Source: Tubiluchus corallicola
Lineage: Eukaryota; Animalia; Priapulida
Direction: 5' to 3'
DNA length: 64,000 nucleotides
Assembly: GCA_030141605.1 (NCBI GenBank)
Contig: JAQGDQ010000038.1
Location: 62,001 to 126,000, forward strand
Shown here: piece after piece, positions 42,908 through 56,000 of the stretch
Layout of the letters: each line of letters opens with the position of its first letter
Position numbering within the stretch: position 1 is the first letter of the stretch
The notes under the pieces: generated by a model
Told to the model about the DNA's origin: nothing
What the model saw: the letters and a program-made list of their open reading frames with translations, nothing else
The model's database searches: none
Translations under genes and position numbers: made by a program

Positions 42908-43802
42908 TTTTAATCACGTAAATAAAATATACTAGTTTATTAGCTGTTACTCCAGCAGAAGTTATTGTACAGGCCTATATATGATAGAAACTTTCAATAT
43001 AGCTATAATATAGTGTTAATTCACAAATAATCTGTATCAAGTTAACACAGAAAGAAAAAATCTTTAATGAAATCATTATAAAATGGGCCAATTTAAGGAT
43101 CAGATATAAAGAAACTGCATCAGGGAAAGGCTCGAAAGCAACACTCCTTCCTTTTCTCCACAACAATTATTGCTTTTTTGATTGAAATTAGCTAAACACC
43201 AACATGCTAAGAAGTAATCATTATTTTTATGTTTTTGCTGTAAAGAAATTTATAACTTGCAAATGACTGTTCTGAAAATAAGATTATCTACATCTAAATC
43301 TAAAATCTAAAATTAATCATCTTCACAATAATATTTACCTATTGCAAAGTTCAACAATTACTTTAAAATGAATCCTCATACCCAAACTTCTACAATATAC
43401 TATTTTTAATGCACCTAGCTCAACTGGTGGAGCCAAAATAAATTTCTTAGTACAAAATGTAAAACATATAAATATGTAGCAGAAATTACTATAAAAGAAC
43501 TATAGACTTACATGCTTAAATACGCGATTGCAAATTTTGCCAATATAATCAAAGTGCAAGGAGAACGTACGAACAGTCAAGAATAAAAATCTAAATCAGT
43601 GATTTTAATAATTGGATGGTTGCAAGCTAAAATAACTTCCTAGAAACACGTACTTCTTCAAACACGCAGCTATGATGTGCTTAAATATCTTTCAATTTAC
43701 TTAGCTTGTCGAAAAAGGTGCAAATTTATCTATAAAACAACTAAATTGAAATTCATATTACGAAGGTAAATAACAGTACACGTATATTACAATAATGCTC
43801 AC

Positions 43803-44030
43803 CGGATATAAGCGCAAAGTTTGAGGCGACTTCAGATAGTCGGTGGCCAATGGACTCCTATCCGGTCAGTCTTCTGCTTATAGCGGTCATTTTAGTAGTG
43901 AAATTCGTCCTCTGCAGTATCGTCTAGATCTCTGTGCCCTCTTGTACTGTCCGATAACGAAATTTTGCCCTGTCGGCGTTGTTTTTATGGCAAAACTGTT
44001 CGAGTGGTCGTCCTATACGGTGTACAGCAC
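43803..44030 (-). other. Candidate first (non-coding) exon of the minus-strand transcript
   Basis: CpG-rich segment ending in the donor CGG|GTGAGC, directly downstream of the CRE/E-box cluster. It contains only a 10-codon uORF (MTAISRRLTG). Confidence 0.55.
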
Positions 44031-44054
44031 GGCGCTGTTACAAGCCTATCCTCA

Positions 44055-44190
44055 CCAAAATGACGTCATTGCTATCTATGACCACGTGGTCAGAGTGGCC
44101 ACTCTAGCCCGCTGTTTAGCTCCAGAGCGATATTGCAGGGCAGTTAAATTACGATATCGTAGCGCACGCAAAGTTAACTAATTAACTGCA
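44055..44190. promoter_or_regulatory. Candidate bidirectional promoter (CRE plus E-box palindromes)
   Basis: AATGACGTCATT at 44059-44070 and TGACCACGTGGTCA at 44079-44092 sit in a CpG-rich island. It is flanked by a minus-strand donor at 43802 and a plus-strand donor AAT|GTAAGC at 44210. Confidence 0.55.
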
Positions 44191-45502
44191 TACATTTAGT
44201 TGTTAAAATGTAAGCTGTTAAACTTCATAGTAGTAGTGCAGTGGCACATTGCTAACAATATCGAGTCTAAATAATGGCCCATGGGCAACAAAGTAACTAA
44301 TCTGAGTCAGCGGCCTAATTACTGTTAAATTTTAATGCAAAAATGTAGACGTAAACTAGCTACATTTAGTAGATGGGACTGCATAAATTTGAATTAGCTT
44401 TATAAATAGCCTTTGTGTAGAATAAGTAAAAGCACTAAACATGTTAAATTTCGTCGTCAGAATGATGGAAATCTTTAATAATTTTGAAACAAGTTTGATT
44501 TCAAAATTCAATAACCATGGGGTCATTTAATTTTTTATCATTAATAAATAATTTTGAAATTAAGACTACACATATTTATAATTAAAATTTTTGATAAATT
44601 CTTCTAAAATTTAACTTACAATTAAATTTGTTAAATACTAAACTGACAAAATAAAAGTTCTCATTCTGACATATTGGTAAATGATATGAATTCTTGTGCA
44701 CAATAATTTAATTAGTAATATATATATGCACAGTCACATAAAAAGTTATATGAACCAGTATTTTTTATAAACTATTATATAATGACAGACATATAATGCA
44801 TAAGAATATTGTGAAAGACTGCAAAATTTTATACACAGCACAGTTGCACTATTATTATGTAATCATTAGGCCGTTTAGATAACAGTAATAATGTAATCAA
44901 ATTACAACAGACTAATGTTTTAATTTTGCCTTTCATTTAAAGCAAAATTAATTGAGTAGGAAATTATTGATAATATTTTGTAGTCACTAAATTATCTTCA
45001 GAATTATATAAAAAATCTAAATCTGTGGTCTAGCATGACCACTTACCGAAATAAATAATAATTGAATATTAATAAAGGTAAATCAAGAAAAAATGATTTT
45101 TCTATATATTTCCGAATGAAGCATTGGCCTACTAAGTTTATATGTATCCTGTTTTTATGTGATTTTTAGGTAATTTATTTCTCAAAAGTATAATATATTT
45201 CTTAAGTATAATACGAAAAATGTTTTTAATAAAATTACAAAAATAGGGTATTTTCTGCAGTTCTCTTTAAGGTCATTACATTTATTCAGGACAATTTGTG
45301 AGAAAAAATAATGACGTGCAACTGGTGCGCTTTGGCAGTAAATGTTTATAGTTTACTTTCATAACCAGAAGCATGTTCATATAATAATCAAAAATTATTT
45401 TGGTAATTTGATGGATTATAGTCACAAAATGCGCTCCGAAAGGCATTCAAATCGCGCAGGACTAAAGTTAAACCGTGAACATAAAATTATTGCAATGCGC
45501 TA

Positions 45503-45542
45503 GTACCTATATATTTATTTTACGCAATAAATATATAGGTAC
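45503..45542. repeat. Perfect 17-bp inverted repeat with 6-nt loop
   Basis: GTACCTATATATTTATT-ttacgc-AATAAATATATAGGTAC. Confidence 0.9.
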
Positions 45543-46127
45543 ACTGCAGTGTGCAGTTTGCATTCGCTTGGCGCCATCTAGTACGTATCAGGCTGATTAA
45601 ACTGTATTACAGCCATAGTCAGCAAAGTTATTTTGCTTTTGATAATTTTATTAATTTAACTTGTCGATAAAATCCAGTATTACATTGCTAAGTCAAAAAA
45701 TTAATTTAAAGTAGGTCGTTTTGGTCTAATCTCTAAAGCATTCTCAACTGACAAATCTGTAATTAAAATTAAATTCACAATTTTTTGCAAAATTTATAAA
45801 GAATAATACCGAAACATCCTGTTTTAAATAAATCTATTTTGATAATTTAGTTGATATTGCAATCTACAGTAAATTATGATATCGACTATTAATTGTGCAT
45901 TACCTTTATCTGTTCAATTTTTAACTGTCAAAAATGCTAAATAATGTAGGCCTAAACCTATTAGAGAATTTATAACATTGTTTCTTTTCTGTTTGAAACA
46001 GCGTGATATGTGATGAATGTAAATTATATTGAAATGCTTTATACCTGGGAAACACAGAAATGACTTCAAACAGCATTTAATTGTTAATGCATTTTTCTTT
46101 TTTTACATTAACAGATAGCAAACAATA

Positions 46128-46390
46128 TTGAGAAGATACCATGGTGATCTTACTGAAGTTTATAAGATATTAACTAGAAAAGAAAACATTTTGCCGGAAA
46201 AATTCTTTAATTTAGTTGTTGATTCTAATACTAGAGGACATACTTTAAAACTGTTTAAATGCGGTCACGTCTTGACATTCGTAAATACTCATTTTCTGCG
46301 AGAGAGTTGTGAATGCATGAAATAATCTGCCTGCCATGGTGATTGCCGCACCAACCATAGTAAAGTTTAGATCCTTAATCGACAATTATT
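46128..46390 (+). mobile_element. CR1/L2-type LINE ORF2 C-terminal remnant (frameshifted, with stop)
   Basis: RRYHGDLTEVYKIL...TRGHTLKLFK, then shifted-frame RSRLDIRKYSFS and RVVNA*NNLP...FRSLID. This matches the characteristic RR.RGDLIE.YKI/TRGH..KL/RVV..WN.LP tail of CR1-clade elements. Confidence 0.85.
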
Positions 46391-46907
46391 TTGCGGAAAA
46401 AAATGTGATTTCTATGACAGTATAACTCTATATTTTTATATTACTTGTTAATGTTATAATAATAAAAATTTAATAAAAAGTTAAAGAAAATGAAATACTT
46501 CGACTTCAGTCGATTCGCGATACTCACAAGAAAAGATGATAAAAACAGATTAATAAAACATTAGAACAGCTGTAAACGCGTAAAGGGCCGTTATAAGCGT
46601 CTGCCTGCTAAAGTCCTTTCCCGACTGTGTGGCGTCCTCTTCTGTAAGAAAACTAAAACAAATTAATATTTATAGTCGTTCATTTTTTACCAGAGATTGT
46701 TAGCTATTAATTTAAATGTGTTCCTTAAAATTTGGCAAAAAGCGACATTCCAAACCTTCATTTGTGTCATGTTGCAATAATTTACTTTTTTATGTTTTTA
46801 AAACTATTCATTTATATTTGCCTAAATAGTGTAGCAAATAATTAGCATGCATTTTAGCTGGTTTCAGCAGAAATCAAAGCCTTGTTATACACTCTGAAAA
46901 ATTTAAG

Positions 46908-47096
46908 ATGGATTCCCGAGAAAGTGTCACAGAAGAAAATATCACAAATTTGAAGATTATAGTTGACAATACTGAGAATATTTCGGAATCATCAAGCAAA
47001 GAAGAAGGCGAGCTTAGTCAGGATGATAGTGATGATGAAACAAAAGACGTAGAGCCGGTAGAGGTCAACGTTTATTTAGGAGATGTTGCATCAACG
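46908..47096 (+). CDS. NCBP3: NCBP3 coding exon 1 (acidic N-terminus, EEGEL motif)
   Basis: ATG at 46908 lies downstream of a tandem CAGCAG acceptor (46865-46870). The exon ends ACG|GTGAGA, phase 0. Confidence 0.85.
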
Positions 47097-50000
47097 GTGA
47101 GAATTATTTTGCCTAAACAAAATTTGTCAATGATTGTGACGCGTCCCTGTGTCATAAATGTAATCTATTGTGTGTCCTATTTGAATTATTATAATTAATT
47201 ACTTTTGTTTCTCCTACTGCCTTTAGCGAAGCGTATTTTGGTCGATATGAAATTTAATTTTTGTTAGTCATTTAAATTCATGTTCCCCTGTACGAATTAG
47301 ACCTCTTTGTGTCTGTTTAATTCGTAATTTTAAAAATACAGCTTTAATTTTTGTGTTTTAATTTTTTAAAAAGGTATGTGTTCTTACTTATGCCTGTGTA
47401 TTTTTACTCTTATAAGATTGGGTGATAAATGAAATAAATGGATCGTAAATAGTATTACTAAAATACTAAATTACTACTCTCCTTTTTTTCAACTTTGGCA
47501 ATGATAATTATAATAATGTCATTACGTTAATATCTTGCATATTCTGAAATTGTACTACTTGATTTCAATAGTGCAGTTGTTCAAATTTAGATAACTCTAA
47601 ATTCTTATAAAATAATTATTAATACAATAAGGAATTTATTTTTAGTGATTCTTCATTAAAGGTGCATTTCTATTACTTTCTACATGTAATTAGCTGTTAT
47701 TATTGTGTTTACTCTCTTATTTTATATCGGAGACAATATTATTAGAAAATTGCAATTATTGCTGTACAACATTGTTAACAGAAGTTAATGTTATTACATT
47801 TTTTTGTGTTACACTGACAGTTGGAAAAGCGCTATGAAAATAAAGCTGGAAATTTTATTACGGGCATTGACTTTTCTTCTGAAGATGCTCGACGGCGCCG
47901 GATGGAGCGGGCAAAACGATTTGGTCTCAATGTGAAGAGTGTTAATAGCATTGATTACACTTCATTGTACAAAAGGTAAATACGGTCAATACTGCCTTAA
48001 TCATATATCTAGGAATCAAAGAAACTGCTATGAGCACGAAATACAAGCTACATGGCTATTTATTTGTACATGTTGGAGAAGTCAGTTAAGATCTAAGCTC
48101 TTATTTAATTACATAGCATACCAAATCCTCATTAAATTGATTTTTGATATCATTTTTTGGGTTGCATGTTGAAATTTATATCTTGTTTGCCTAACAATTA
48201 TTCTTACTAAAATAGTGACATAAAACATAAATTTCTAGCAGCAAAAATATGGTTGCATATTTTTTGTACCAGGCATGCTAGCACGGTATTTGTGCTATGT
48301 AAAACTGTAATGCATGACTCGTGCTTAAGGGTAATTTGTGGTTTGTGTAGAACAGTTTAATCAAGCGTATCGAGTGACTCAGAAAAATACACTGAAGTTT
48401 AGACAAAATAACATTAGAACTAAGTGCTCTACGAAGTTCAAATTTCACAACATCATACTACAATTCGTTAACTTTTGGCTGTGAAATTTAAAAAATTTAC
48501 AGTTTTGGTAGTTTTAGGTTATGGTTGGAAAACTTTTGCATGTTAGAAATTCAAATGCTGGAGCAATTTCAGCTAATGTTCAGTTGAAAATAGCCACGTC
48601 AGTGTATTTAAACCACTCTGTACACTGGCAGTAAAACAATTAAGAAATCAAGCTTTTTACTTCATTGTCCTCACCATAGAAAATAAAATACTGAAAAAGA
48701 TTTGTTGTCAAGAAAATAAATTGAACATTATCCTATGAACTATGGTATCTGGAATTCCCAGTGTCATGCAGGGCCGTTTGATTTAGAGGAACTAAAGGCA
48801 AAAATTGTTGAGCACTGATACCAAGTACCTTTTGAAGAAGTAAGAAACGGTGCCTGCTGTTTGCAAGAAATATCTTCCTCTTGTTTGCAGTGAAAGTAGT
48901 GGATCCATACAGCACATGCTGTAAATTTTAAAATTAATGATGCATAAACAGTTTTTCTGGCATTTAAATCTAAGGGAATGGACGTGAAGTTTTCGGTGCT
49001 TTCACATAGCATTTGTAGCATCAGTGTGGCATTCTTAAAACAATTCTCTTATTTTCTTTTTATAATACCATGATCAAAACCAACATCAGCATATGTTCTT
49101 GCTCCACCTGATATAATTGTGCAAAATTTGAGAAGTGCATTATATCTATTACGTTGAACTAAAAGTAGTATTAATACTTTACATATCTCCAAATATAACC
49201 ATTAACTTTAAATTGAAACTTTTCAAACTGAACAATTCTTAGATTGATTAGGCTAAATTAAAACCTTTGATACATGATAATTTTTGTTTGATGTAGTTTA
49301 AACCTGCCTGAAGAACATATGAATAGTACAGAATTGGATATTCGAAAAGAGTCTATACATTTTTGGGGGCTAAACAACATGAACACAAATGACGTTTTCA
49401 CCTATTTTCAAGATTATGGACCTGCAGAAATTGAATGGATAAATGATGCATCATGTAAGTTTAATGATACATTGGAAAATTCAGCTGCATACAGAGTTAA
49501 ATTGTTGTAATTTTACCACTTGCTTAACTAGTTACAGTATTAGTTAAAATTTTCCTTTCAAGTTTGTGGAATTTAGTACACACCAGAGAGAATGTCAAAT
49601 ATTGTTGTGTCCTTGTACCATCACATTAGTGAAAATTGTTTGTTATTAAATTTCTAAAATCTTCTTTGATCCTGATTTCCAAAATGTCATATGATGTATA
49701 CGCTGAAACTAGTCCTGTTTAACTATATAGTCCAAATGAATTGATATCAATATTTCCCTTCAATATCACTGTGCCAAATTTCTTTAGCTGCTGAATATAT
49801 TGCAGCTCCTGATCTGCACTAAATGATTCGTTCGGAACAGTTGTTGAATGTCCATATTTTCCTGTTACCTGGAACATTCCATGGGTTTGACAACTTCTAT
49901 ACCTATGCCATATATATATATAACCTCATAGCCTGGAAAAAGTAATTTTTGCTTACCATAACGCCAGTCTTCGGTTTGCTAAATTGTCTGATCTAAAGTT

Positions 50001-53000
50001 ACAAATTAGAGTGCTGCTGAAAAATGTGATATTCTATATTTATACATGAATGTTGACTTGTTATTATTATTTCTCAGTATTTGTATCAATTAGCTGTTAC
50101 AGACAATGTAATTTTGTATCAAGTTGTTTTATATCATGCAATTATATGTTTGGATCAATCTAGCACGTTTTCTTTATTTTGCCTTTTTGAAAATACATAC
50201 ATTTATTTATGCTAAGTCAAGTTTATTCACACATAAGTTTAAAAATTATCAGATCAATTTTCAGAAAGTGCATTTACTTTTTGTAGGCAATGTTGTATGG
50301 GAAGATGCCCATACAGCTGCTAGAGCAATGTTGCATTTAAGTGAGCCAATTAATTTTGACGAAAATGATAATGATGATGACGTCGTTATCATGGACACAA
50401 CCGAAGAGAAGCCAGAAAGGAAAGTAGATGAAAAGAAGGATAGTGAGAAAAAAGCAGATGAAGAAGATTTGACTTTGGATTTAACAAAGGACTCAGAAAC
50501 CTTAGATCTGGCAAAGAATTCCGAAGAAACATTTAAGCTGGGAAAAGACTCAGTAGGAACGACTGATGTAATAATGCTAGATGGTGATGATGATGATGCT
50601 GAGAAAGAGGTAATTATCAAAAAATGTTGCAGATTGTGTAAAAATTGCAGGGTGCCATTTACATAATGTCAGTAGGTCCATAATAAAGTTAACTCTGATT
50701 CGTTTGGTGCTGCAGTTGTCCTGTCTCCCACCAACTTTTTACTGACTTTTTTCTGTTGTTACGATTTATTTAAATTTCCATTGCTATTTCTATGTGTCAG
50801 TCATTAAAATAAATTTGACTGCAGAATGTTATTTTCCATGTTCGTAAGCAGTGCTTTTTATTGACACAGTTTAGAATACAGTCAAGCGTCTTTGTACCAT
50901 CCAGTTTGGGACTCCACAGAAAGTTGTCATTAAGCAAGTTTGGCATTATAGCAAGGTGTATTGATGCTTACATGTCTATGCAAATATAGTCATTTTGTTT
51001 TGCCAAAAATTTGTGTGTTAACCAAGGTTAGCATTATAAAGCAGGACATTATAACAAGGTTTGACTGAAGTTTGATTTATGAAATATCATAATTACAGCG
51101 GTTACACGGCGACCTCTCTACCGTTTTTAGTAAGCACTCTTGGTGCAAACCTTTCTTTTCTTAATAACGCCAATGTTTTCAGTCCTTGTTTTAATAATGA
51201 GATTATGACATCAACAATCAGGCTTTTTTGTCGTGTGCATTTTTATGTGTACTTTTTAAATCCCGTTTCATATTTATTTTATATCAGTTTCATTTGCAAG
51301 CATATGTTTTTTTTTACATTTTGGCACTGCTCACCTGATGTTTTATGTAGAGCCGTTTAATTTAGATTGAGCAAGATGCAACTTAGAGTTGCTGGGTAAA
51401 CAAGATGTAGTTATTGTAGTCATTAAAGTGCTTAAAGTGTTAGTTCTGTGTGTGTGAATTACAAATGCTACTTGGTGTCATTACGTCTTACCACTCTTAA
51501 CATGTGCCTTTAAATAACAGAGTAATTAATGCCTGCAGTTGCGATAAATATCTTAGCATTTATGATTTTATACGAATTCATTATTCTAGGATAAAACACC
51601 AAAACACTCAGATGTCAAGAAGCTCGTGACTGTCCCACAGCTAGAGAAAAAAGGCATTATCATGCCACCCGGAAGATGGAGATTAGGGAAATCTTATCCT
51701 CGGGCAAATGTCTTGCTCATGCGATTTGCCACTACAAGTAAGATTTCATTTTAAATTATGCGTGACACCTTTTGTTCTTTTCCAAATCATTTCACGTTAA
51801 AGAATTAAAAATATGACAAAAACATCTAATTTTTTGTTAAAACTTATTATATGTTTGTTGGAAATCGAAATCGATGAATGACGTCACTGGTGGACGTTCA
51901 ATCTTGAAATGATCAATACTTTAAAATAAATTTACCAATTAAACAAAGCACTTATCGCACTTATTACTAAATCCTTGTAATATTTTTCTTGAACATTGAA
52001 ATAAGCCTAACTTCCCAGAAGACTTATCTTTCCAACATTGTAAATTTGTGATTATTGTTAATTATTCTTTTCTGTTTGGTAGGCCTAAAAATTGTTTGCT
52101 GAAATTAAACCAGCTGATTGGCCACTCATTGTATAAAATACTGTCTCCATAATTTAGTCCTTTAAATACAAGTCCTCAATGATAAGATAAAGATAGATAA
52201 ACAAAGTCAGTTAAACTTACAGGTAAGTGAAGCAAGTTAGCTTGTTTTCTAGCATTTCATTCCAGCAGTCTGCCGAGATGAGACTCTGTGAGAGGGTAAA
52301 TAGTAGAGACTACGTAACTTTATTGAAATTGCGCAAAATCTGGTTTCTGTGACAATGTGAAGCTCTCATCCATTTACTAACCGGCCTAGTGCTACTGAAT
52401 TCTGGTATCAAGCCTGCATTATGACTATCACTCAACGGCCTTGTTTTTCAGAAGCTTTGCAACATAAAATATCTTGATTTTTTTTGTAGGAGACAAGAAA
52501 GAACAAGGTTCAGAGAAGAGAAGTTTATACTACAAGAAGTATGGCAATCCTAATTATTTAGGTACTAGTTTATTTAACCACTTAGTAGTCAGTAGAGTTT
52601 TCAAATTCTTTATAATAAGGGTGGCATTGTTTATCAGACTTAGTGGTTATGCATTTTTCTGCTCTGGTAAAAGCAGTCCATGTAAATGGGTCTTATTAGA
52701 TGTATATTTAATTCATTTGCTAAGAATAATTTGTGGAAATTATTGGCCAACAGAAAATTTCCTTCCTTTCCGGCCTGCAGATGGCATAAGGGTGCAGCTT
52801 CCTATGTCCTCTTAACTTTGGCATCAGACTAGTTTTTTAGCCAAACACAGTTGCAAACTGGCATCAAGCTGTATATTTGATATAAATATTTGAAAAGGAA
52901 CTATGGTAATAGAGTTTCTTTAATATGCTAGATACTTAATAGAAAATATTTCTTTATGTCCATTCTACTCTATAGGTTTTCTTGTTGCCACACGCAAGAC

Positions 53001-56000
53001 TGTGTTCAAAAAACAAGTACAGGAGTTCATGTTTTTTCATTTAGCTTTTCAGCACTCTGCTGCCTATCTGTTTTTTTTTCATACTCCTTAGCAGTCTTGC
53101 ACTGTATTAGGTGCCATCCCATCTTGATATGTCCCTTCACCATCATTCTTCATTTTTGGATACTATGGATTGAACATTTTGCTATAAAGCTTTTGGGTCA
53201 TAACCATTTTACACTTTTTGTAGGAATGACAGGAGTGATCAGTGAATCGAAAAGGAAACAAATTCGCTACGCTCAACAAAAACGTGAACTGGAGCAAATT
53301 TTGCTACAGAAAGAGGACAAACCACCTTCTCCGCCGGCAGAATTTCCTGACAGGGAACAAAATGATCTGGAACGTCCCGCAGTTGACTTGCGTGAACCAC
53401 TTGTTCCAATAACTGCCAAGTCATTTGTGCAAGTTGACGATGAAAAAAGACAAAAACTTCCGGTTCGAGAAAGAATACGATTACCTCGACGTCCTGTGGC
53501 GGAAAGATTAGGCCTTTCACGGCGTGCTGCTATGGAAAAACTTTCTTTTAGCATTCCGCCAGAGAGAACAAGAAAATTGTCTAACAGTTCAGTTGAAGAA
53601 GTGGATGTAGGGCAAAAGGTTATGTCTGTCACTTTGGCAAAAAGGCTAGGGAATATAAGTGCTGTAGATAAACAAAAGCGAAAGCGGAAAAGACACTCGG
53701 AAGGTAAGCAGAATTAGAGATAACACTGTGGCTAATTGTTGTTAGTGTAAGTTTTTATATAGAAAGATCATTCGTATAGATAAGACCAGAAATACTGTAG
53801 CCAATGATAACGCAAGCTAGTCGGAAGCCCCTTTTCACGTGCTTGAGAATATTTTCAAACGGCCAGGTAAGATCTGGATAAGTAAGATAGATGAGGATAA
53901 TGAGGTCAAAGATTATGATGATGTATGTTGCTAGCATACTATAGTAATACTGATAATGCATTTTCAGAATCTGAACATACAGAAAGTGACACTTCGGACT
54001 TCGAGGGTGAGGTGAAGCAGTTACTGGGTGGCGCTAAAAGTAGAAAAATTAAACGTCGGATGTATGCTGATGAGATAGAAGACGAAATTAAGAATTTACG
54101 GTACGACTAATGGGCATAATAGTTTAATTGTGACCTTGACTGAAGTGATTGTCACAACGGCTTCCAACATTTTATCGTAGTAAAAATATTTAATTTCATT
54201 GTTATTATCAAGCTATGCTTATAGTGTTTGATGTTTGTAAGTATGAATATAGGAACATGTGGTTACATCACTACACAAAGTTTAAGGAGAAGGAAGCCAA
54301 ATGGAAAGACTAGTTAGTTCTATAAATCTCGGTAAGAGTGATCCAATGACAGAATGCAGGTTCAGCCTCAAAAATTAAATCAAGTGCCTTTGAAGATATC
54401 GTAATTACATCTGATCCCTCGCATACCCGGAACACCAAACAAAAATGTCAGACAACACCGTCTTTTCACAAGCCTAGCTTGAAAATTTTGATGATGCAAT
54501 GATGCTATAAAAAATATTTAAACGTATTCAGAGATTTAAAAACAAGTACTTTCAAATTTGAAAAATACCTTTGAGCAACAATATGCCTCCATTAACTTTT
54601 ATAAATATTAAATGAATAAATTAAAAAGCCAGTGTTACTATAAAAAACATTACAGTTTGTGTTTTTTCAGCTCTTGCCTCGAGAATTATTTCGGTGTTTA
54701 TACAAACTTAAAACCATGTTTCCCATTTTCACAGTTGTAATTGTTAGTTAATAATGGATGTTAGAAGAACTTTTTTCTTAAACTAATATTTTTCCGAATG
54801 TCTCATTTCAGCAAAAAGACAAGTGACATGATCATGATAACTGCAGCATCTGCACCATCTGAAGTCAAGTCAAAAATTAAATCAAGTGCCTTTGAAGATA
54901 TCGTAATTACATCTGACAATACAATCCCTCGCATACCCGGAACACCAAACAAAAATGTCAGCCAACGCCTTGGTCCCCCAGTCCGCCAGAGGTAAGAACT
55001 TCTTCAAGTACTAGATTTAATTTTTTCACTACCAATTGCATCACTATTTGAATTCACTTTAGCTAATCTTGTTATTTTTAAAGTGGCTTTGCAGCTCCTT
55101 CCAGCTAAAATATGTGACTTAAGCCTAATTTTGTCTTATAATCATTATTCTGCATCATATAGTAGATTCTGCCTACTATGTAGTGATTTTCTTAGGACAA
55201 TGTTTTTTCAACATATTGAGTTAGATTATAACACATTGAACATTTGTAAACATTTGTGCTTCTGTTTATCTGTTCATTTGTATTACCCTATACTGGCATT
55301 TATTTTCAGATATCGACATCACAGTGCAGAATCTGGTGAGGAATCATCATCACATGACTTGGAGGAACCTCCCTTGCAAATTGATATGTCATCTTCAGAA
55401 AGCGATAATGAAAAACGAGAGATTTCACCTGTTCACAAAAGTCGAGCCTCTGTTCACCAGCGCCTTGCTGCCTCCCCCATTAGAAAGTCTCCTGCAAAAC
55501 GACATGCTGTTTCTCCTAGACGAAAGCAGTCGCCAGTTCGACACCCTCTCTCCCCTAAAACGAATAGACCGGATGTGTCACAGGAGACCAGTAATTTTCA
55601 AGCTAGAGATAGTTCGCCAGTTTTTGATGCTGCAAGAAGCAGACGACTTCGAAATGCAGAGTTTGCATGGGAAAGGAGGCCTGTACCTCAGTTCCGAAGT
55701 GGCAATAGAGGCAGAGTGTTACGGAGGAGATCGGTGACACCTCCGAGGTTGAGGCCATCTGGAACAAATGCTAATAAATCACCTTCACCTAATGTGCGAC
55801 GCCGAAGTTCTCCATCCACTCCTCCACGTTTTGCATCCCCAAAGCAAAGTTTGCCGGTTCGGAGGTCACGGTCATTATCACCAAGGCGCCGTCCATTGTC
55901 GCAAAGATCCCGATCACCTCGTTCTCAGTCTGATTTGCGCAATAGGCTTAGGGCAACAGCATCTGATCGCAAGCAGCATGCACGAGCTGCGACTAGATCA

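Larger units (their letters stand above)
5240..44030 (-). ncRNA. Putative multi-promoter spliced, polyadenylated transcript without a long ORF (lncRNA or small-ORF RNA)
   Basis: Minus-strand donors follow 43803, 35079, 26000/25932, 24489, 14873, 7721 and 7094. Acceptors precede 35443, 14938, 7137 and 6321. AATAAA at 5264-5259 has a downstream TTTTTTGTGTGG element. No recognisable protein is encoded. Confidence 0.4.

Noticed and set aside
408-43166. Numerous 60-110 aa ORFs in the ORF track
   Set aside because: Many use non-ATG starts, have compositions typical of random AT-rich DNA, and show no recognisable domains.
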